From: an uncultured Arcobacter sp.
GTDB lineage: Bacteria > Campylobacterota > Campylobacteria > Campylobacterales > Arcobacteraceae
Direction: 5' to 3'
DNA length: 64,000 nt
Assembly (NCBI GenBank): GCA_965140705.1
Contig: OZ223300.1
Span: 352,001 to 416,000, forward strand
In this document: piece after piece, positions 28,100 to 39,376 of the stretch
Position numbering within the stretch: the first letter of the stretch is position 1
Layout: every line of letters begins with the position of its first letter
Notes under the pieces: model-generated
The model's database searches: none
Told to the model about the DNA's origin: nothing
The model's input: only the letters and a program-made list of their open reading frames with translations
Program-made: the position numbers and the translations under genes

Positions 28100-28132
28100 A
28101 GTCTATTTTAAAATGATTACATTTTGATTACG
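28100..28132 (-). promoter_or_regulatory. Pho-box-like direct repeat plus -10 upstream of the EAL/GGDEF gene
   Basis: TGATTACA (28114) and TGATTACG (28125); minus-strand TAGACT at 28105-28100; same geometry as the phoU site. Confidence 0.55.
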
Positions 28133-28161
28133 TAAGTAGATAAAAAAGTGAAACTAATGGA

Positions 28162-29229
28162 TTATAATCCATTAGCCTCAATTGCTTTTGATTGTGCATC
28201 TGTGATTAATGGGTCTATTATTTCATCAAATAGTCCATCATTCATAATTGCCTCAAGTCTGTATAATGTTAGGTTAATTCTATGGTCACTTATTCGGCCT
28301 TGTGGATAATTATAAGTTCTAATTCTTCCACTTCTGTCCCCAGTTCCAACTTGTTCTTTTCTGCTGGCACCTTCAGAGTCCATTTTTTCTTGCATTTGAA
28401 TGTCATAAAGTCTAGCTTTTAAAACTTTCATTGCTTTATCTTTATTTTTATGTTGAGATTTTTGGTCTTGGTTAGTTACCACAAGTCCTGATGGAATATG
28501 TGTAATTCTAACTGCAGAGTCTGTCGTATTTACAGATTGTCCACCATTTCCACTTGCTCTCATAACATCAATTTTTAAATCACTTGGATCGATTTGAATT
28601 TCTACATCATCAACTTCTGGCATAACTGCTACAGTGATAGCTGATGTATGAACTCTACCTTGAGATTCTGTTGCGGGAACTCTTTGAACTCTATGTGTTC
28701 CACTCTCATATTTTAGTCTTGAATAAACCTGTTCACCTTTAAATAAAGCTACAATTTCTTTATATCCACCTGCTTCATTTTCACTTTGGTTCATTATCTC
28801 AACTTTCCACCCTTTTAGTTCTGCATATCTTAAGTATGCTCTAAATAGGTTTCCTACGAATATTCCTGCTTCATCCCCACCTGCACCAGCTCTTAGTTCT
28901 ATAAAAATATTTTTATCATCATTAGGATCTTTAGGTATCATAAGAACTTTTATCTCTTCTTCAATAGTAGGTTTTCTAACCTCTAAATCTCTAAGTTCTT
29001 CTTTTGCTAAATCACCTAATTCTGGATCATCAAGTAATGCTTTATTATCTTGAATATCATTTAAAACACTTATATATTCTTTAGCTTTATTTACGATTGG
29101 TTCAATTGCTGACTGCTCTTTTGAAAGGGTAGTCATCCTTTTTATGTCTGAAGAGATATCTGGAGAAGCTAATAATCCATTAATCTCCTCATATCTATCA
29201 ATAAATAGTTGTAATTTATCTTGTAACAT
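28162..29229 (-). CDS. prfA: Peptide chain release factor 1
   Basis: RVPAT motif and GGQ. Confidence 0.98.
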   Translation of the reverse strand: MLQDKLQLFIDRYEEINGLLASPDISSDIKRMTTLSKEQSAIEPIVNKAKEYISVLNDIQDNKALLDDPELGDLAKEELRDLEVRKPTIEEEIKVLMIPKDPNDDKNIFIELRAGAGGDEAGIFVGNLFRAYLRYAELKGWKVEIMNQSENEAGGYKEIVALFKGEQVYSRLKYESGTHRVQRVPATESQGRVHTSAITVAVMPEVDDVEIQIDPSDLKIDVMRASGNGGQSVNTTDSAVRITHIPSGLVVTNQDQKSQHKNKDKAMKVLKARLYDIQMQEKMDSEGASRKEQVGTGDRSGRIRTYNYPQGRISDHRINLTLYRLEAIMNDGLFDEIIDPLITDAQSKAIEANGL

Positions 29230-29295
29230 ATTTTATTGTATGTATAAGCAAATAAATAAAATTAACTACCATATTTTTATGATAGTAAATTTTTA

Positions 29296-29556
29296 TTAAA
29301 GTGCGTTAACTTTAACTTGTAGTCTACTAACTTTTCTAGCTGCAGTTCCTTTTTTAAGGATACCTTTTGCAATACAATGGTGCATGTATTTATTTGCAGT
29401 TTTCATAGCAACAGTTGCTTTTTCTTTGTCATTAGCCTCAACTGCAGATATTACTTCTTTAGTTATGTTTTTAATTCTTGTTTTGTAAAATCTGTTTCTC
29501 TCAGTTTTTACTAACGTTTGTTTAGCTCTTTTAGCCGAAGATTTGTGGTTTGCCAT
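29296..29556 (-). CDS. rpsT: 30S ribosomal protein S20
   Basis: MANHKSSAKRA...AARKVSRL. Confidence 0.98.
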   Translation of the reverse strand: MANHKSSAKRAKQTLVKTERNRFYKTRIKNITKEVISAVEANDKEKATVAMKTANKYMHHCIAKGILKKGTAARKVSRLQVKVNAL

Positions 29557-29646
29557 TTTTAACCTCTTTATAATTTTTTTAAGGCTAGAATACTAGCCAA
29601 ATAACTTTAAAGTAAGTTTAAATTAAGTTTAATTTTAGGATTTTTC

Positions 29647-30981
29647 ATGAAACTATTTGGTACTGATGGCGTAAGAGGACAAGCGGGGTCATTTTTAGAT
29701 GCGATGACTGTAATGAAACTAGCAATGGCTGCTGGAATATTTTTTAGAAAACACTCATATACAAACAAAATTTTAGTAGGAAAAGATACTAGAAGAAGTG
29801 GTTATATGATTGAAAATGCACTTGTTTCTGGACTGACGGCCGTGGGATACGATGTTATCCAAATAGGACCAATGCCTACACCTGCTATTGCATTCTTAAC
29901 AGAATCAATGAGATGTGATGCTGGAATTATGATATCTGCTTCACATAATCCCTTTGAAGACAACGGAATTAAATTTTTTGATCAAAATGGAAATAAGTTA
30001 GGAATGGATGGTGAAAAAGCAATAGAAGAGTTGTTTTTTGATGATGAAGCTAGAGCTTGTGCACAAAAAACAGGTAAAGAAATTGGTTCTTCAAAAAGAA
30101 TTGATGATGTTATTGGAAGATATATTGTATCAATTAAAAGTTCATTTCCAAAAGATTTGACATTAAGTGGTCTTAGAATTGTTCTTGATTGTGCAAATGG
30201 AGCAGCTTATAAAGTAGCACCTACAATTTTAGAAGAACTAGGAGCTGAAGTCTTTACAATAAATGCAAAACCAAATGGATTTAATATCAATGAATTAAGT
30301 GGTGCAATGTATCCAGAAAATGTTGCAAAGATTGTAAAAGAAGTAAGAGCTGATATTGGATTAGCTTTAGATGGAGATGCAGATAGACTAGTAGTAATAG
30401 ATGAAAATGGTGATACTGTTGATGGGGATAAACTATTAGGCGCCCTATGTGTCTATCTAAGTGGTAAGGGACTTTTAAAAGGTGAAGCTTGTGTTGCTAC
30501 AGTTATGAGTAATAAAGCCTTAGAGGACTACTTAGACTCATTTGATTTAAAACTAAATAGAACAGATGTTGGTGATAAAAATGTTTTAGTAAATATGAAA
30601 GAAAATGATATAAACTTTGGAGGAGAGCAAAGTGGACATGTTATTTTCTCTGATGTTTCAAAAACAGGAGATGGTCTTGCAACTGCACTTCAAGTATTAG
30701 CATATGTTTTAGAAAGTGGTAAAAAAGCTAGTGAAGCTTTAAATAAATTTGAACTATATCCACAAGTGTTAAAAAATATAAAAGTAAATGAAAAAATTCC
30801 TTTAGATAAAATTGAAGGATTAAAAGAACTCCAAGCAGAAATCAAATCTAAAGGTATGAGAGATTTAATTAGATATTCTGGAACAGAGAATAAACTAAGA
30901 ATTTTGATTGAAGGTCGAGATAAAAAGTTAGTAAATGAATATATGGATAAATTAATAGAGTTTTTAAATAAAAAACTATGA
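29647..30981 (+). CDS. glmM: Phosphoglucosamine mutase
   Basis: [28 protein letters not shown]. Confidence 0.97.
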   Translation: MKLFGTDGVRGQAGSFLDAMTVMKLAMAAGIFFRKHSYTNKILVGKDTRRSGYMIENALVSGLTAVGYDVIQIGPMPTPAIAFLTESMRCDAGIMISASHNPFEDNGIKFFDQNGNKLGMDGEKAIEELFFDDEARACAQKTGKEIGSSKRIDDVIGRYIVSIKSSFPKDLTLSGLRIVLDCANGAAYKVAPTILEELGAEVFTINAKPNGFNINELSGAMYPENVAKIVKEVRADIGLALDGDADRLVVIDENGDTVDGDKLLGALCVYLSGKGLLKGEACVATVMSNKALEDYLDSFDLKLNRTDVGDKNVLVNMKENDINFGGEQSGHVIFSDVSKTGDGLATALQVLAYVLESGKKASEALNKFELYPQVLKNIKVNEKIPLDKIEGLKELQAEIKSKGMRDLIRYSGTENKLRILIEGRDKKLVNEYMDKLIEFLNKKL

Positions 30982-31439
30982 ATAAGAAATTAATTGTTTC
31001 TCTAATAATTTTTGTATTATTAGTTTTAATAGATCAAGCCATTAAATATGGTTTTGTATTTTTAAATTTTGGTTTTGAAAGTGATTGCATATCTTTAGTT
31101 CTAGCATATAATTATGGTGTAGCATTTTCAATGTTTGAGTTTTTGAGTGAATATTTGAAATTTATACAATTAGCACTTATAATTTGTATATTGATTTATT
31201 TATACTTTAATAAAGAAGTATTTTTAAAGTATTATATACCTGTTTCTATACTACTTGCAGGTGGTTTATCTAATATTTTAGATAGATTTACATATGGGGC
31301 AGTTGTTGATTATGTTTATTGGCATTGTGGTTTTGATTTTGCAATATTTAATTTTGCAGATGTAATTATTGATTTTGCTATTGCAATAATTTTATATATG
31401 CAGTATAAACAATATAAAGAAGATAAAAAAAGAGCTTAA
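30978..31439 (+). CDS. lspA: Lipoprotein signal peptidase II
   Basis: DQ..K, NYGVAFS, NILDR, VVDY, FNFAD. Confidence 0.96.
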   Translation: MNKKLIVSLIIFVLLVLIDQAIKYGFVFLNFGFESDCISLVLAYNYGVAFSMFEFLSEYLKFIQLALIICILIYLYFNKEVFLKYYIPVSILLAGGLSNILDRFTYGAVVDYVYWHCGFDFAIFNFADVIIDFAIAIILYMQYKQYKEDKKRA

Positions 31440-31517
31440 AAGAGTTTTTGAAAGCTAAACAGATTTTAGCTATAATCGAGCAAATTAAAAAAGATAAGTT
31501 TAATAAAGAGAGAAAAG

Positions 31518-32786
31518 ATGGGTCAAACAATTACAGAAAAAATTTTTAGCGAACATGTAGGACATGAAGTTTATGCAGGTGAGATTGTAAGAAGTCCAAT
31601 TGATATGGTTATTGGAAATGACATTACAACTCCTATTTCTATTAGAGCATTTGAAGAGGGTGGTTTTGAAAAATTAGCAAACCCAGATGGTTTTGCAATC
31701 GTACTTGATCACTTTATCCCTGCAAAAGATATTGCATCGGCAAACCAAGCAAAAATCTCAAGAGATTTTGCTTTAAAACATAATTTAAAATTATTTTTTG
31801 ATGAAAAAGATATGGGAATTGAACATGCACTTTTACCTGAAAAAGGTTTAGTATTACCAGGTGATGTTATTATTGGTGCTGATTCACATACCTGTACTCA
31901 TGGGGCATTAGGTGCATTTTCTACTGGAATGGGAAGTACTGATATCTCTTTTGGAATGATTACCGGTGGAAACTGGTTTAAAGTTCCTGAGTCTATAAAA
32001 GTAGTATTCAAAGGTAAACCAGGTCCTTATGTAACTGGAAAAGATTTAATTTTAGAGATTATTAGAATACTTGGTGTTGATGGAGCTTTATATAAAGCTT
32101 TAGAATTCACAGGTGATACAATTAAATATTTAAGTATGGATGATAGATTCTCTTTATGTAATATGGCTATTGAAGCGGGTGCTAAAAATGGAATTGTTGC
32201 ATATGATGAAGTTACAAAAGAGTTTTTAGACTCAAGAGATAGTTTAAGAGCGGAGCCAAAAATTCATTACTCTGATGAAGATGCTACATATTGTCAAGTG
32301 ATTGAAATAGATGTTGAAGCCTTAAATCCAGTAATTGCATATCCATTCTTACCATCAAATGGACACAGTGTAAATCAAGCTGTAGAAGATAATATTAAAG
32401 TTGACCAAGTATTTATTGGGTCTTGTACAAATGGAAGATTATCTGATTTTAAAGTAGCTGCTGAATTACTTGAAGGTAAAAAAGTTGCAAGACATGTAAG
32501 ACTTATCTTAACTCCTGGAACTCAAAAGATATTAAGAGAAGCTACAAAATTAGGTTATATTGATACTTTAGTTGATGCAGGTGGAGTTGTTTCAAATCCT
32601 ACTTGTGGAGCATGTTTAGGTGGATATATGGGAATCTTAGGTGATAATGAGGTTTGTATTTCTACTACAAATAGAAACTTTGTAGGAAGAATGGGTTCAA
32701 GAAGCTCAAAAATCTATTTAGCTAATAGTGCAGTTGCAGCTGCAAGTGCAATTAGTGGATATATCACAGATCCTAGAAGTCTATAG
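31518..32786 (+). CDS. leuC: 3-isopropylmalate dehydratase large subunit
   Basis: GADSHTCT, IGSCTNGR, CGACLG, TNRNF.GR. Confidence 0.93.
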   Translation: MGQTITEKIFSEHVGHEVYAGEIVRSPIDMVIGNDITTPISIRAFEEGGFEKLANPDGFAIVLDHFIPAKDIASANQAKISRDFALKHNLKLFFDEKDMGIEHALLPEKGLVLPGDVIIGADSHTCTHGALGAFSTGMGSTDISFGMITGGNWFKVPESIKVVFKGKPGPYVTGKDLILEIIRILGVDGALYKALEFTGDTIKYLSMDDRFSLCNMAIEAGAKNGIVAYDEVTKEFLDSRDSLRAEPKIHYSDEDATYCQVIEIDVEALNPVIAYPFLPSNGHSVNQAVEDNIKVDQVFIGSCTNGRLSDFKVAAELLEGKKVARHVRLILTPGTQKILREATKLGYIDTLVDAGGVVSNPTCGACLGGYMGILGDNEVCISTTNRNFVGRMGSRSSKIYLANSAVAAASAISGYITDPRSL

Positions 32787-33365
32787 ATGACTAAGCCACA
32801 ATTTGATATACCTTGTGTAATCCTTTGTGGTGGTAGAAGTTCACGAATGGGAGAAGACAAAGCTCTTCTTCCTTTTGCTAAGTATAATACTCTTGCTCAC
32901 TATCAATTTGATAGGTTAAAATCTCATTTTAAAAATATTTACCTATCTTCAAAAACTAATAAATTTGATTTTCTAAAAAGTGATGAAAATATAATATTTG
33001 ATAATATTAATGATGAAAGTTCACCTTTGATAGCTTTAAAAAGTATTTTTGAAACTATAAAATCTGACAAAGTATTTGTAATGACAGTGGATACTCCTTT
33101 TATAAAAATTGAAACAATTGAAAAACTGATAAATGAGAGTTCAAATAGTAGTACAATTGCAATAACATCAAGGGAACACAATTTATGTGGAGTTTATGAA
33201 AAGTCTTGTTTAAATGTAATAAATGAAATGCTAAAAGAGAATAATCATAAAATAGGATTTTTACTAAAAAATATAGAACTAAAAAAAATAGAGTTTTTTG
33301 ATGAGAATGAATTTTTAAATCTAAACAAAAAAGAAGATTACCAAAAGGCACTCTCTTTAATATAA
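32787..33365 (+). CDS. mobA: Molybdenum cofactor guanylyltransferase
   Basis: LCGGRSSRMGEDKA, VDTPF, FLNLN. Confidence 0.93.
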   Translation: MTKPQFDIPCVILCGGRSSRMGEDKALLPFAKYNTLAHYQFDRLKSHFKNIYLSSKTNKFDFLKSDENIIFDNINDESSPLIALKSIFETIKSDKVFVMTVDTPFIKIETIEKLINESSNSSTIAITSREHNLCGVYEKSCLNVINEMLKENNHKIGFLLKNIELKKIEFFDENEFLNLNKKEDYQKALSLI

Positions 33366-33374
33366 AAATAATCA

Positions 33375-33414
33375 TAAAAAAAGGGGTTTGAAATTAATCA
33401 AACCCCTTTTTTAT
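33375..33414. terminator. Bidirectional intrinsic terminator between mobA and rplT
   Basis: AAAAAAAGGGGTTTGA...TCAAACCCCTTTTTT. Confidence 0.9.
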
Positions 33415-33429
33415 TTTGCAAATTTAAAA

Positions 33430-33789
33430 TTATTTTGCTAATGCTGCTTTAGCTGCTGTTACAACTGAAGTAAATGCTGCTGCATCATTCATTGCCATAT
33501 CAGCTAATATTTTTCTATCTAATTCAATTCCAGCTAATTTAACACCGTTCATGAATCTTGAATAGTTGATATCATTTAATCTACAAGCTGCATTAATTCT
33601 GATAATCCATAGCTTTCTAATATCTCTTTTTTTCTGTCTTCTATCTCTGTATGCGTATACTAAAGATCTTTCTAATTGTTCTTTTGCTTTTCTAAAGTGT
33701 TTGCTTCTACCTGCGAAGAAACCTCTTGCAGCTTTTAGAACTTTTTTATGTCTTCTTCTTCTAACTATACCAGTTTTTACTCTAGGCAT
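33430..33789 (-). CDS. rplT: 50S ribosomal protein L20
   Basis: [22 protein letters not shown]. Confidence 0.99.
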   Translation of the reverse strand: MPRVKTGIVRRRRHKKVLKAARGFFAGRSKHFRKAKEQLERSLVYAYRDRRQKKRDIRKLWIIRINAACRLNDINYSRFMNGVKLAGIELDRKILADMAMNDAAAFTSVVTAAKAALAK

Positions 33790-33891
33790 TTTATTCCTTT
33801 CTTAACCATATATTTTGTTTAAATATCGGTGTCGACTATTGTCGAACTTGTCCACATTTTTGTGGAGGGACTTGTAATTAAATTTCTTTAA

Positions 33892-34089
33892 TTACGCTTT
33901 ACACAACATTCTTCTAACTCTTGTAGCATCAGTGCTATCAATAGTTTGAGGTCCTCTTAATGCCACTTTTCTTTTTCTTGACATTTTTGTTAAGATGTGA
34001 CTTCTAAATGCTGAACCACATTTAATTGAACCATTTTTTTTCACTTTAAATCTTTTTAAAGCTCCACTTACTGATTTCATTTTAGGCAT
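33892..34089 (-). CDS. rpmI: 50S ribosomal protein L35
   Basis: MPKMKS..GA.KRF, HILTK. Confidence 0.98.
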   Translation of the reverse strand: MPKMKSVSGALKRFKVKKNGSIKCGSAFRSHILTKMSRKRKVALRGPQTIDSTDATRVRRMLCKA

Positions 34090-34232
34090 GGATTTCTCCT
34101 TTCTTAAATTTGCATTCTTCTTCGATATTAGAAAAAGTTTGTGATTATATTTAAAAAAAGCTTTAAATAAGTTTAAGTTAATTTGAAGTTTTTGTAGAAA
34201 GAGAATTTCTTCTCTTTCTTAAGGAGGCTAAG

Positions 34233-34760
34233 TTAGTCTTTTTTAGGAAGAACCATCATATTTACAAATCTTCCTTCAAGTTTAGGTTCAGAATCTCTAT
34301 CCCCATAATCTTCAAGCATAGGCCATACTTTTTCAAGTACTTCTACACCAGCTTCAGGATGAGCCATTTCTCTACCTTTTAGGAAAACTCTACATTTTAC
34401 GTGATAACCTTTTTCAAGGAATTCGATTGCATGTTTTACTTTATAGTTAATATCATTTTCAGCAATTTTTACAGAAAATTTCACTTCTTTTAGAACAATC
34501 ACTTTTTGATTTTTTCTAGCTTCTTTTTTCTTTTTTTCTTGTTGATATTTGAATTTACTATAGTCCATTATTTTTGCAACAGGTGGTTTACCATCTGGTG
34601 CTATTAGAACTAAATCAAGACCTTGTTCATCTGCAGTTTTTAAAGCATCAGCTGTTGAGATGATACCGTAATTAGTACCATCATCACCCATACACCTAAC
34701 TTCCTTAGCTGTAATGTCGTCATTCATTATTACGTCGTCTTTTTTATTTCCTCGACTCAA
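34233..34760 (-). CDS. infC: Translation initiation factor IF-3 (TTG start)
   Basis: [25 protein letters not shown]. Confidence 0.98.
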   Translation of the reverse strand: MSRGNKKDDVIMNDDITAKEVRCMGDDGTNYGIISTADALKTADEQGLDLVLIAPDGKPPVAKIMDYSKFKYQQEKKKKEARKNQKVIVLKEVKFSVKIAENDINYKVKHAIEFLEKGYHVKCRVFLKGREMAHPEAGVEVLEKVWPMLEDYGDRDSEPKLEGRFVNMMVLPKKD

Positions 34761-36565
34761 ATTTCACTTCCTTTATTAATTTCATTTAACATTTGGATAA
34801 ATTCATCTTTACCCATATTTGATTGTTCTCTTTTTCTTCTATCTCTTAGTGCTACAGTTTTATTTTCAACTTCTTCATCTCCAATTACTACAATCATTGG
34901 AACTCTTTGTTTCTCTGCCATTCTAATTCTTTTATTTAAACTTTCATTCATATTGAAAATTTTAGAATCTATGTTATTTTGTAAAAGTTCTTTTTCCAAC
35001 TCTTTTGCATACTCATTATGAGTATCTGCAATTGGTACAAAAATAACTTGTGTAGGAGCAATAACAAATGGAAACTCACCTGCACAGTGTTCTGTTAATA
35101 TACCAATAAATCTTTCAAAAGAACCTAAAATAGCTCTGTGAATCATAACTGGTTGTTCTTTTTCACCTTTTTCATTGATATATTCAGCTTCAAATCTTGA
35201 TGGTAAGTTCATATCAACTTGTACAGTTCCACATTGCCATTTTCTTCCAATAGCATCTAGAATTTTGATATCAATTTTAGGACCATAAAATGCTCCACCA
35301 CCTTCATCGATACCATAAGTGATACCTTTTTCATCAAGTGCATCCATGATACCTTTTGTAGTTTTTTCCCAAAACATATCATCACCAATTGCTTTTTCTG
35401 GTTTTGTAGAAACTTCAATTTCATATTTAAAATCAAACATTTTTAGTAAGGCATCAACGAATTCTAAAACTTCAAAGATTACATCTTTCATTTGATCTTG
35501 GGTACAAAAAATATGTGAATCATCTTGAGTAAATTCTCTAACTCTAAATAAGCCATGCATTGCACCACTCATTTCATGTCTATGAACAACTCCATATTCA
35601 AAAAGTTTTTTTGGTAAGTCTTTGTATGAGACTAAAGAGTTTTTGAAAATTTGAATATGACCAACACAGTTCATCGGTTTCATCGCATATCTTTGTTCAT
35701 CAATAGTAGTATAGTACATATTTTGACTATAGTTTGCATTGTGTCCTGAGATATCCCACATCTTAGATTTCAAGATTTCTGGCCCTCGAACTGGTTCATA
35801 TCCTCTTATTCTATGTGCTTTATATAAGATATGTTCTAGTTTTGATCTTAGACGTGCCCCATTTGGTAACCACATTGGAAGACCTGCACCCACATCATCA
35901 CTAAATGTGAAAAGTTCAAGTTCCGTTCCTAATTTTCTATGGTCTCTTTTTTTAGCCTCTTCATGCATTCTTACATAGTCATTTAGCTCTTGTTTATCAA
36001 AAAATGCAATACCATAAATTCTAGTAATCATCTCATTTTTTTCATCACCACCAAGATAAGCACCTGCTACTCTTGTTAGTTTAAAACTTCTTATCATCCT
36101 AGTATTTGGTAAATGTGGACCTCTACATAAATCCTCAAAATCACCTTGTTTGTAGATCGTCAGGGTGTCATCTGTAATTCTTGATAATACAGCTTGTTTT
36201 AGTTCGTCACTATTAAATTTTTGTGAAATCTCTTCTCTTGATGCTTCGTATCTTTCAATAGGTAGTTTAGCATTTGCTAACTCTTTCATTTTCTTTTCAA
36301 TTTTTGGTAAGTCTTCATCTGATATTTTTGATTCAACTTTAAAATCATAGTAAAACCCTTCACTTACAACAGGTCCTACAAAAAATTTAGCTTCTGGATA
36401 TAACTCTTTGATAGCTTGTGCCATAAGATGGGCACATGAGTGTCTCAAAATCTCTAAAGACTCTTTAGAGTTATCGGCTTTTATTACCTCTCCTTGAATA
36501 TTTAAAGCTTCCGCAGTTTGAAGGTCATAAATTTGACCATCATTTAATACGCCAATCGGTTCCAA
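34757..36565 (-). CDS. thrS: Threonine--tRNA ligase
   Basis: [36 protein letters not shown]. Confidence 0.99.
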   Translation of the reverse strand: MEPIGVLNDGQIYDLQTAEALNIQGEVIKADNSKESLEILRHSCAHLMAQAIKELYPEAKFFVGPVVSEGFYYDFKVESKISDEDLPKIEKKMKELANAKLPIERYEASREEISQKFNSDELKQAVLSRITDDTLTIYKQGDFEDLCRGPHLPNTRMIRSFKLTRVAGAYLGGDEKNEMITRIYGIAFFDKQELNDYVRMHEEAKKRDHRKLGTELELFTFSDDVGAGLPMWLPNGARLRSKLEHILYKAHRIRGYEPVRGPEILKSKMWDISGHNANYSQNMYYTTIDEQRYAMKPMNCVGHIQIFKNSLVSYKDLPKKLFEYGVVHRHEMSGAMHGLFRVREFTQDDSHIFCTQDQMKDVIFEVLEFVDALLKMFDFKYEIEVSTKPEKAIGDDMFWEKTTKGIMDALDEKGITYGIDEGGGAFYGPKIDIKILDAIGRKWQCGTVQVDMNLPSRFEAEYINEKGEKEQPVMIHRAILGSFERFIGILTEHCAGEFPFVIAPTQVIFVPIADTHNEYAKELEKELLQNNIDSKIFNMNESLNKRIRMAEKQRVPMIVVIGDEEVENKTVALRDRRKREQSNMGKDEFIQMLNEINKGSEI

Positions 36566-36674
36566 TAATTTCCTTTTTTATTAAGTTTTTTATAAAATTT
36601 ATATATTTTAACTTAATTAGACTTAAAAAACTTTAGAGTTGTGCTTATTTAGAATACTTTAGATAAAATTGTGT

Positions 36675-37187
36675 ATGATTATAAACTTATCCAAAATAAA
36701 AACAGAAGCCTTGTTACTCTTATGCAAGGACATTATAACATCTTATGAAAATATTGAAGATGAAAATTTTGAAATTGATGATGCAATAAAAATTTATATA
36801 AAAGATACTTCTAAAGTTATTTTAAAAGAGTTAAAAAAAGTTACAAAAGAAAATGACTATTATTTAAAAAATAAAAACTCATATACAATTCCTTCTATAT
36901 TAAAAGCTTATAATTTTTTAAACTTAGAATTATCAAAAGAGTTAAAAGAAGGTTCCTCTTTTAACCCAGCTATGCTTTATATATCACTTTTATCAATGTG
37001 GTTTAAAGAGTTAGGAAAAGAATCAAAATCAAAAGAATATATCTACTTTTTACTATATCCTTACACTATAATTTATGATAAATTACTATTAAATATAAAA
37101 GATGAAAGATTTAAAGTTCTAAACATAAAAATGGTAGATATAGCAGAACGAGTAATCTTAAAATATGATAGATACACACTAAAATAA
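36675..37187 (+). CDS. Hypothetical protein
   Basis: 170-aa ORF; start uncertain (TTG 36669 or ATG 36675). Confidence 0.7.
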   Translation: MIINLSKIKTEALLLLCKDIITSYENIEDENFEIDDAIKIYIKDTSKVILKELKKVTKENDYYLKNKNSYTIPSILKAYNFLNLELSKELKEGSSFNPAMLYISLLSMWFKELGKESKSKEYIYFLLYPYTIIYDKLLLNIKDERFKVLNIKMVDIAERVILKYDRYTLK

Positions 37188-37198
37188 ATTGGAAAAAA

Positions 37199-38527
37199 AT
37201 GAAATATTATGCTATAAAAAATATTGTTGAATATTTAAATGCAAATTGTAAAATAATAAGACAAATAAGAAGAGTAGAAAATAATACTATTTTTATTGAG
37301 TTTAATGATAGAAATGTAATATATTTTGATATGGCAAAAAGCAATAGTTTAATATATAAAAAAGAGGAAAAAAGTTCATCAAAAAAAGATTTTATCGCTC
37401 CTTTTGATACTATTTTGCAAAAAAGATTTAACAATTCTAGAATAAAAAATATCACTATGCACAATGATGATAAGATAATTCGAATTTATGTAAATTCAAA
37501 ATCTTCATACAAAGAATTAACTACAATCTTACAGTTTGAATTTACAGGAAAACACACAAATATAATAATTTTGGATGAAAATGAGATAATCTTAGAAGCC
37601 CTAAGACATATAGATGAGTTCAGCTCTTCTAGGGTTGTAAAAGTTGGTGAAAAATTAGATGAAATCCCAAAACAGACTTTTATACCCAAAATGGAAGAGA
37701 TAGAAAATACAGAAGAGTTTTTACTTAATAACTATCTTCAAAAAGAACAAAGTTTATTAGCAAGTTTAAAAAAGCAAAAGATATCACAAATAGAGAAAAA
37801 TCGTGCCAAATTATTAAAAGTCTTAAAATCTTTACCACAAAAAGATGAATTAGAAAAAGAATCACAGCTTTTATACGAAAAAGCAAATTTGATTTTGAGC
37901 AATTTGCATCTAATAAAAGCATATGAAAAGAGTGCAAAACTAAATAACTATGATGGAACAGTTGTAGAGATTGATTTAAGTGAGTGTAGTAACCCTTCCA
38001 TTTATGCAAATACTCTTTTCAAAAAAGCAAAAAAACTAAAGCAAAAGAGTATGCATATCTCTATAGAAAAAGAGAACTTAGAGAATAAAATTGAATTTTT
38101 AAATCGAATGATTACTAATATAAATCTTTGTAAGTCTATTGATGAAGTAGAGTTTTTACTTCCAAAGAAACAGAAAAATCAAACTAAAACAAAAAAACAA
38201 GAACCCTATGAGAGTTTTTTCTTTGATGGCTATAGAATACTTCTTGGAACTGATGAAAAATCAAATATATATTTACTTCAAAATTCAAAAGCAAGTGATT
38301 TTTGGTTTCATATGCAAAGTACAAACTCTTCACATGTAATAGTACAAAATACAAAAAAAACGCTACCCATAGATGTTATATATAAAGCAGCAGAGTTATG
38401 TGTAAAATTTTCAACAGATTTTAGTGGAAAATACTTGGTTGACTTTACCCAAAGAAGAAATGTAAAAGTTCAAAATGGGGCAAATGTTTTATATAATCCC
38501 TATGATACAATTGATGTACATATTTAA
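37199..38527 (+). CDS. NFACT/FbpA family protein (RqcH-like)
   Basis: EFTGKHTNIII, coiled coil, NFACT-R DFWFH...SSHVI. Confidence 0.88.
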   Translation: MKYYAIKNIVEYLNANCKIIRQIRRVENNTIFIEFNDRNVIYFDMAKSNSLIYKKEEKSSSKKDFIAPFDTILQKRFNNSRIKNITMHNDDKIIRIYVNSKSSYKELTTILQFEFTGKHTNIIILDENEIILEALRHIDEFSSSRVVKVGEKLDEIPKQTFIPKMEEIENTEEFLLNNYLQKEQSLLASLKKQKISQIEKNRAKLLKVLKSLPQKDELEKESQLLYEKANLILSNLHLIKAYEKSAKLNNYDGTVVEIDLSECSNPSIYANTLFKKAKKLKQKSMHISIEKENLENKIEFLNRMITNINLCKSIDEVEFLLPKKQKNQTKTKKQEPYESFFFDGYRILLGTDEKSNIYLLQNSKASDFWFHMQSTNSSHVIVQNTKKTLPIDVIYKAAELCVKFSTDFSGKYLVDFTQRRNVKVQNGANVLYNPYDTIDVHI

Positions 38528-38617
38528 ATAAACTAGACTCAAAATAAGCCTTAAAAAGCTCATTTACAAAATAGAAAGAAAACTTAAGATAAAATATGAA
38601 AAAATCAAAGGTTTTCA

Positions 38618-39376
38618 ATGTATGAGTTAATTTCCTCAAGTTCAACACGAATAAAAACAGCACTTGTTTTATTTGCCGTATTTATTCTAGTAAGTTATAT
38701 AAATACTATGTTTGTAACTTGGCTTTTTCTTGGCGCTTTTATGATTGTGGGTATTGATGAGGCAATGAATCTTTTTAAAATAAAAGATTCAAGAGTCTTT
38801 CAATATGCTGCTATTACTTGGATTATTGCTTATTTTTATCCTTATCCTGAAATATTAGTTTTAGTTGCTTTAGTTATTTTTGCTTCTAATTTAGCTTACA
38901 AAAGAGATATGGATAAAAAAGTATTTCTTCCTTTATTATATCCTCTTATTTCATTTTTAACACTTTTAACTTTATATAATGAGTATGGAATAGGAGTTCT
39001 TTGGTGGATGTTATTTGTTGTAGCTTCTGCTGATGTTGGGGCATATTATGTGGGGCGTGCTTTTGGGAAAACAAAGTTTTGTGAAACAAGTCCTAATAAG
39101 ACTTTGGAAGGTGTAGCTGGAGGTATAGTTTTAGCAGCTATTTTAGGTCCAATCTTTGCAATTGATGGAATAACTTATATGGGGACTTTAATTATCTCTA
39201 TAGTAGTTGCTATTTCATCTATTTTTGGTGACTTATTTGAGAGTTATTTAAAAAGAGAAGCGGGGGTAAAAGATAGTGGAAGTATTTTACCAGGTCATGG
39301 GGGAGTATTAGATAGAACAGATGGTTTTTTATTTGCTTCAATTGTTATGTTAGTTTTATTAAGAGCCATACTTTGA
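38618..39376 (+). CDS. cdsA: Phosphatidate cytidylyltransferase
   Basis: SPNKTLEG, GDLFESYLKR..GVKDSG..LPGHGGVLDRTD. Confidence 0.97.
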   Translation: MYELISSSSTRIKTALVLFAVFILVSYINTMFVTWLFLGAFMIVGIDEAMNLFKIKDSRVFQYAAITWIIAYFYPYPEILVLVALVIFASNLAYKRDMDKKVFLPLLYPLISFLTLLTLYNEYGIGVLWWMLFVVASADVGAYYVGRAFGKTKFCETSPNKTLEGVAGGIVLAAILGPIFAIDGITYMGTLIISIVVAISSIFGDLFESYLKREAGVKDSGSILPGHGGVLDRTDGFLFASIVMLVLLRAIL

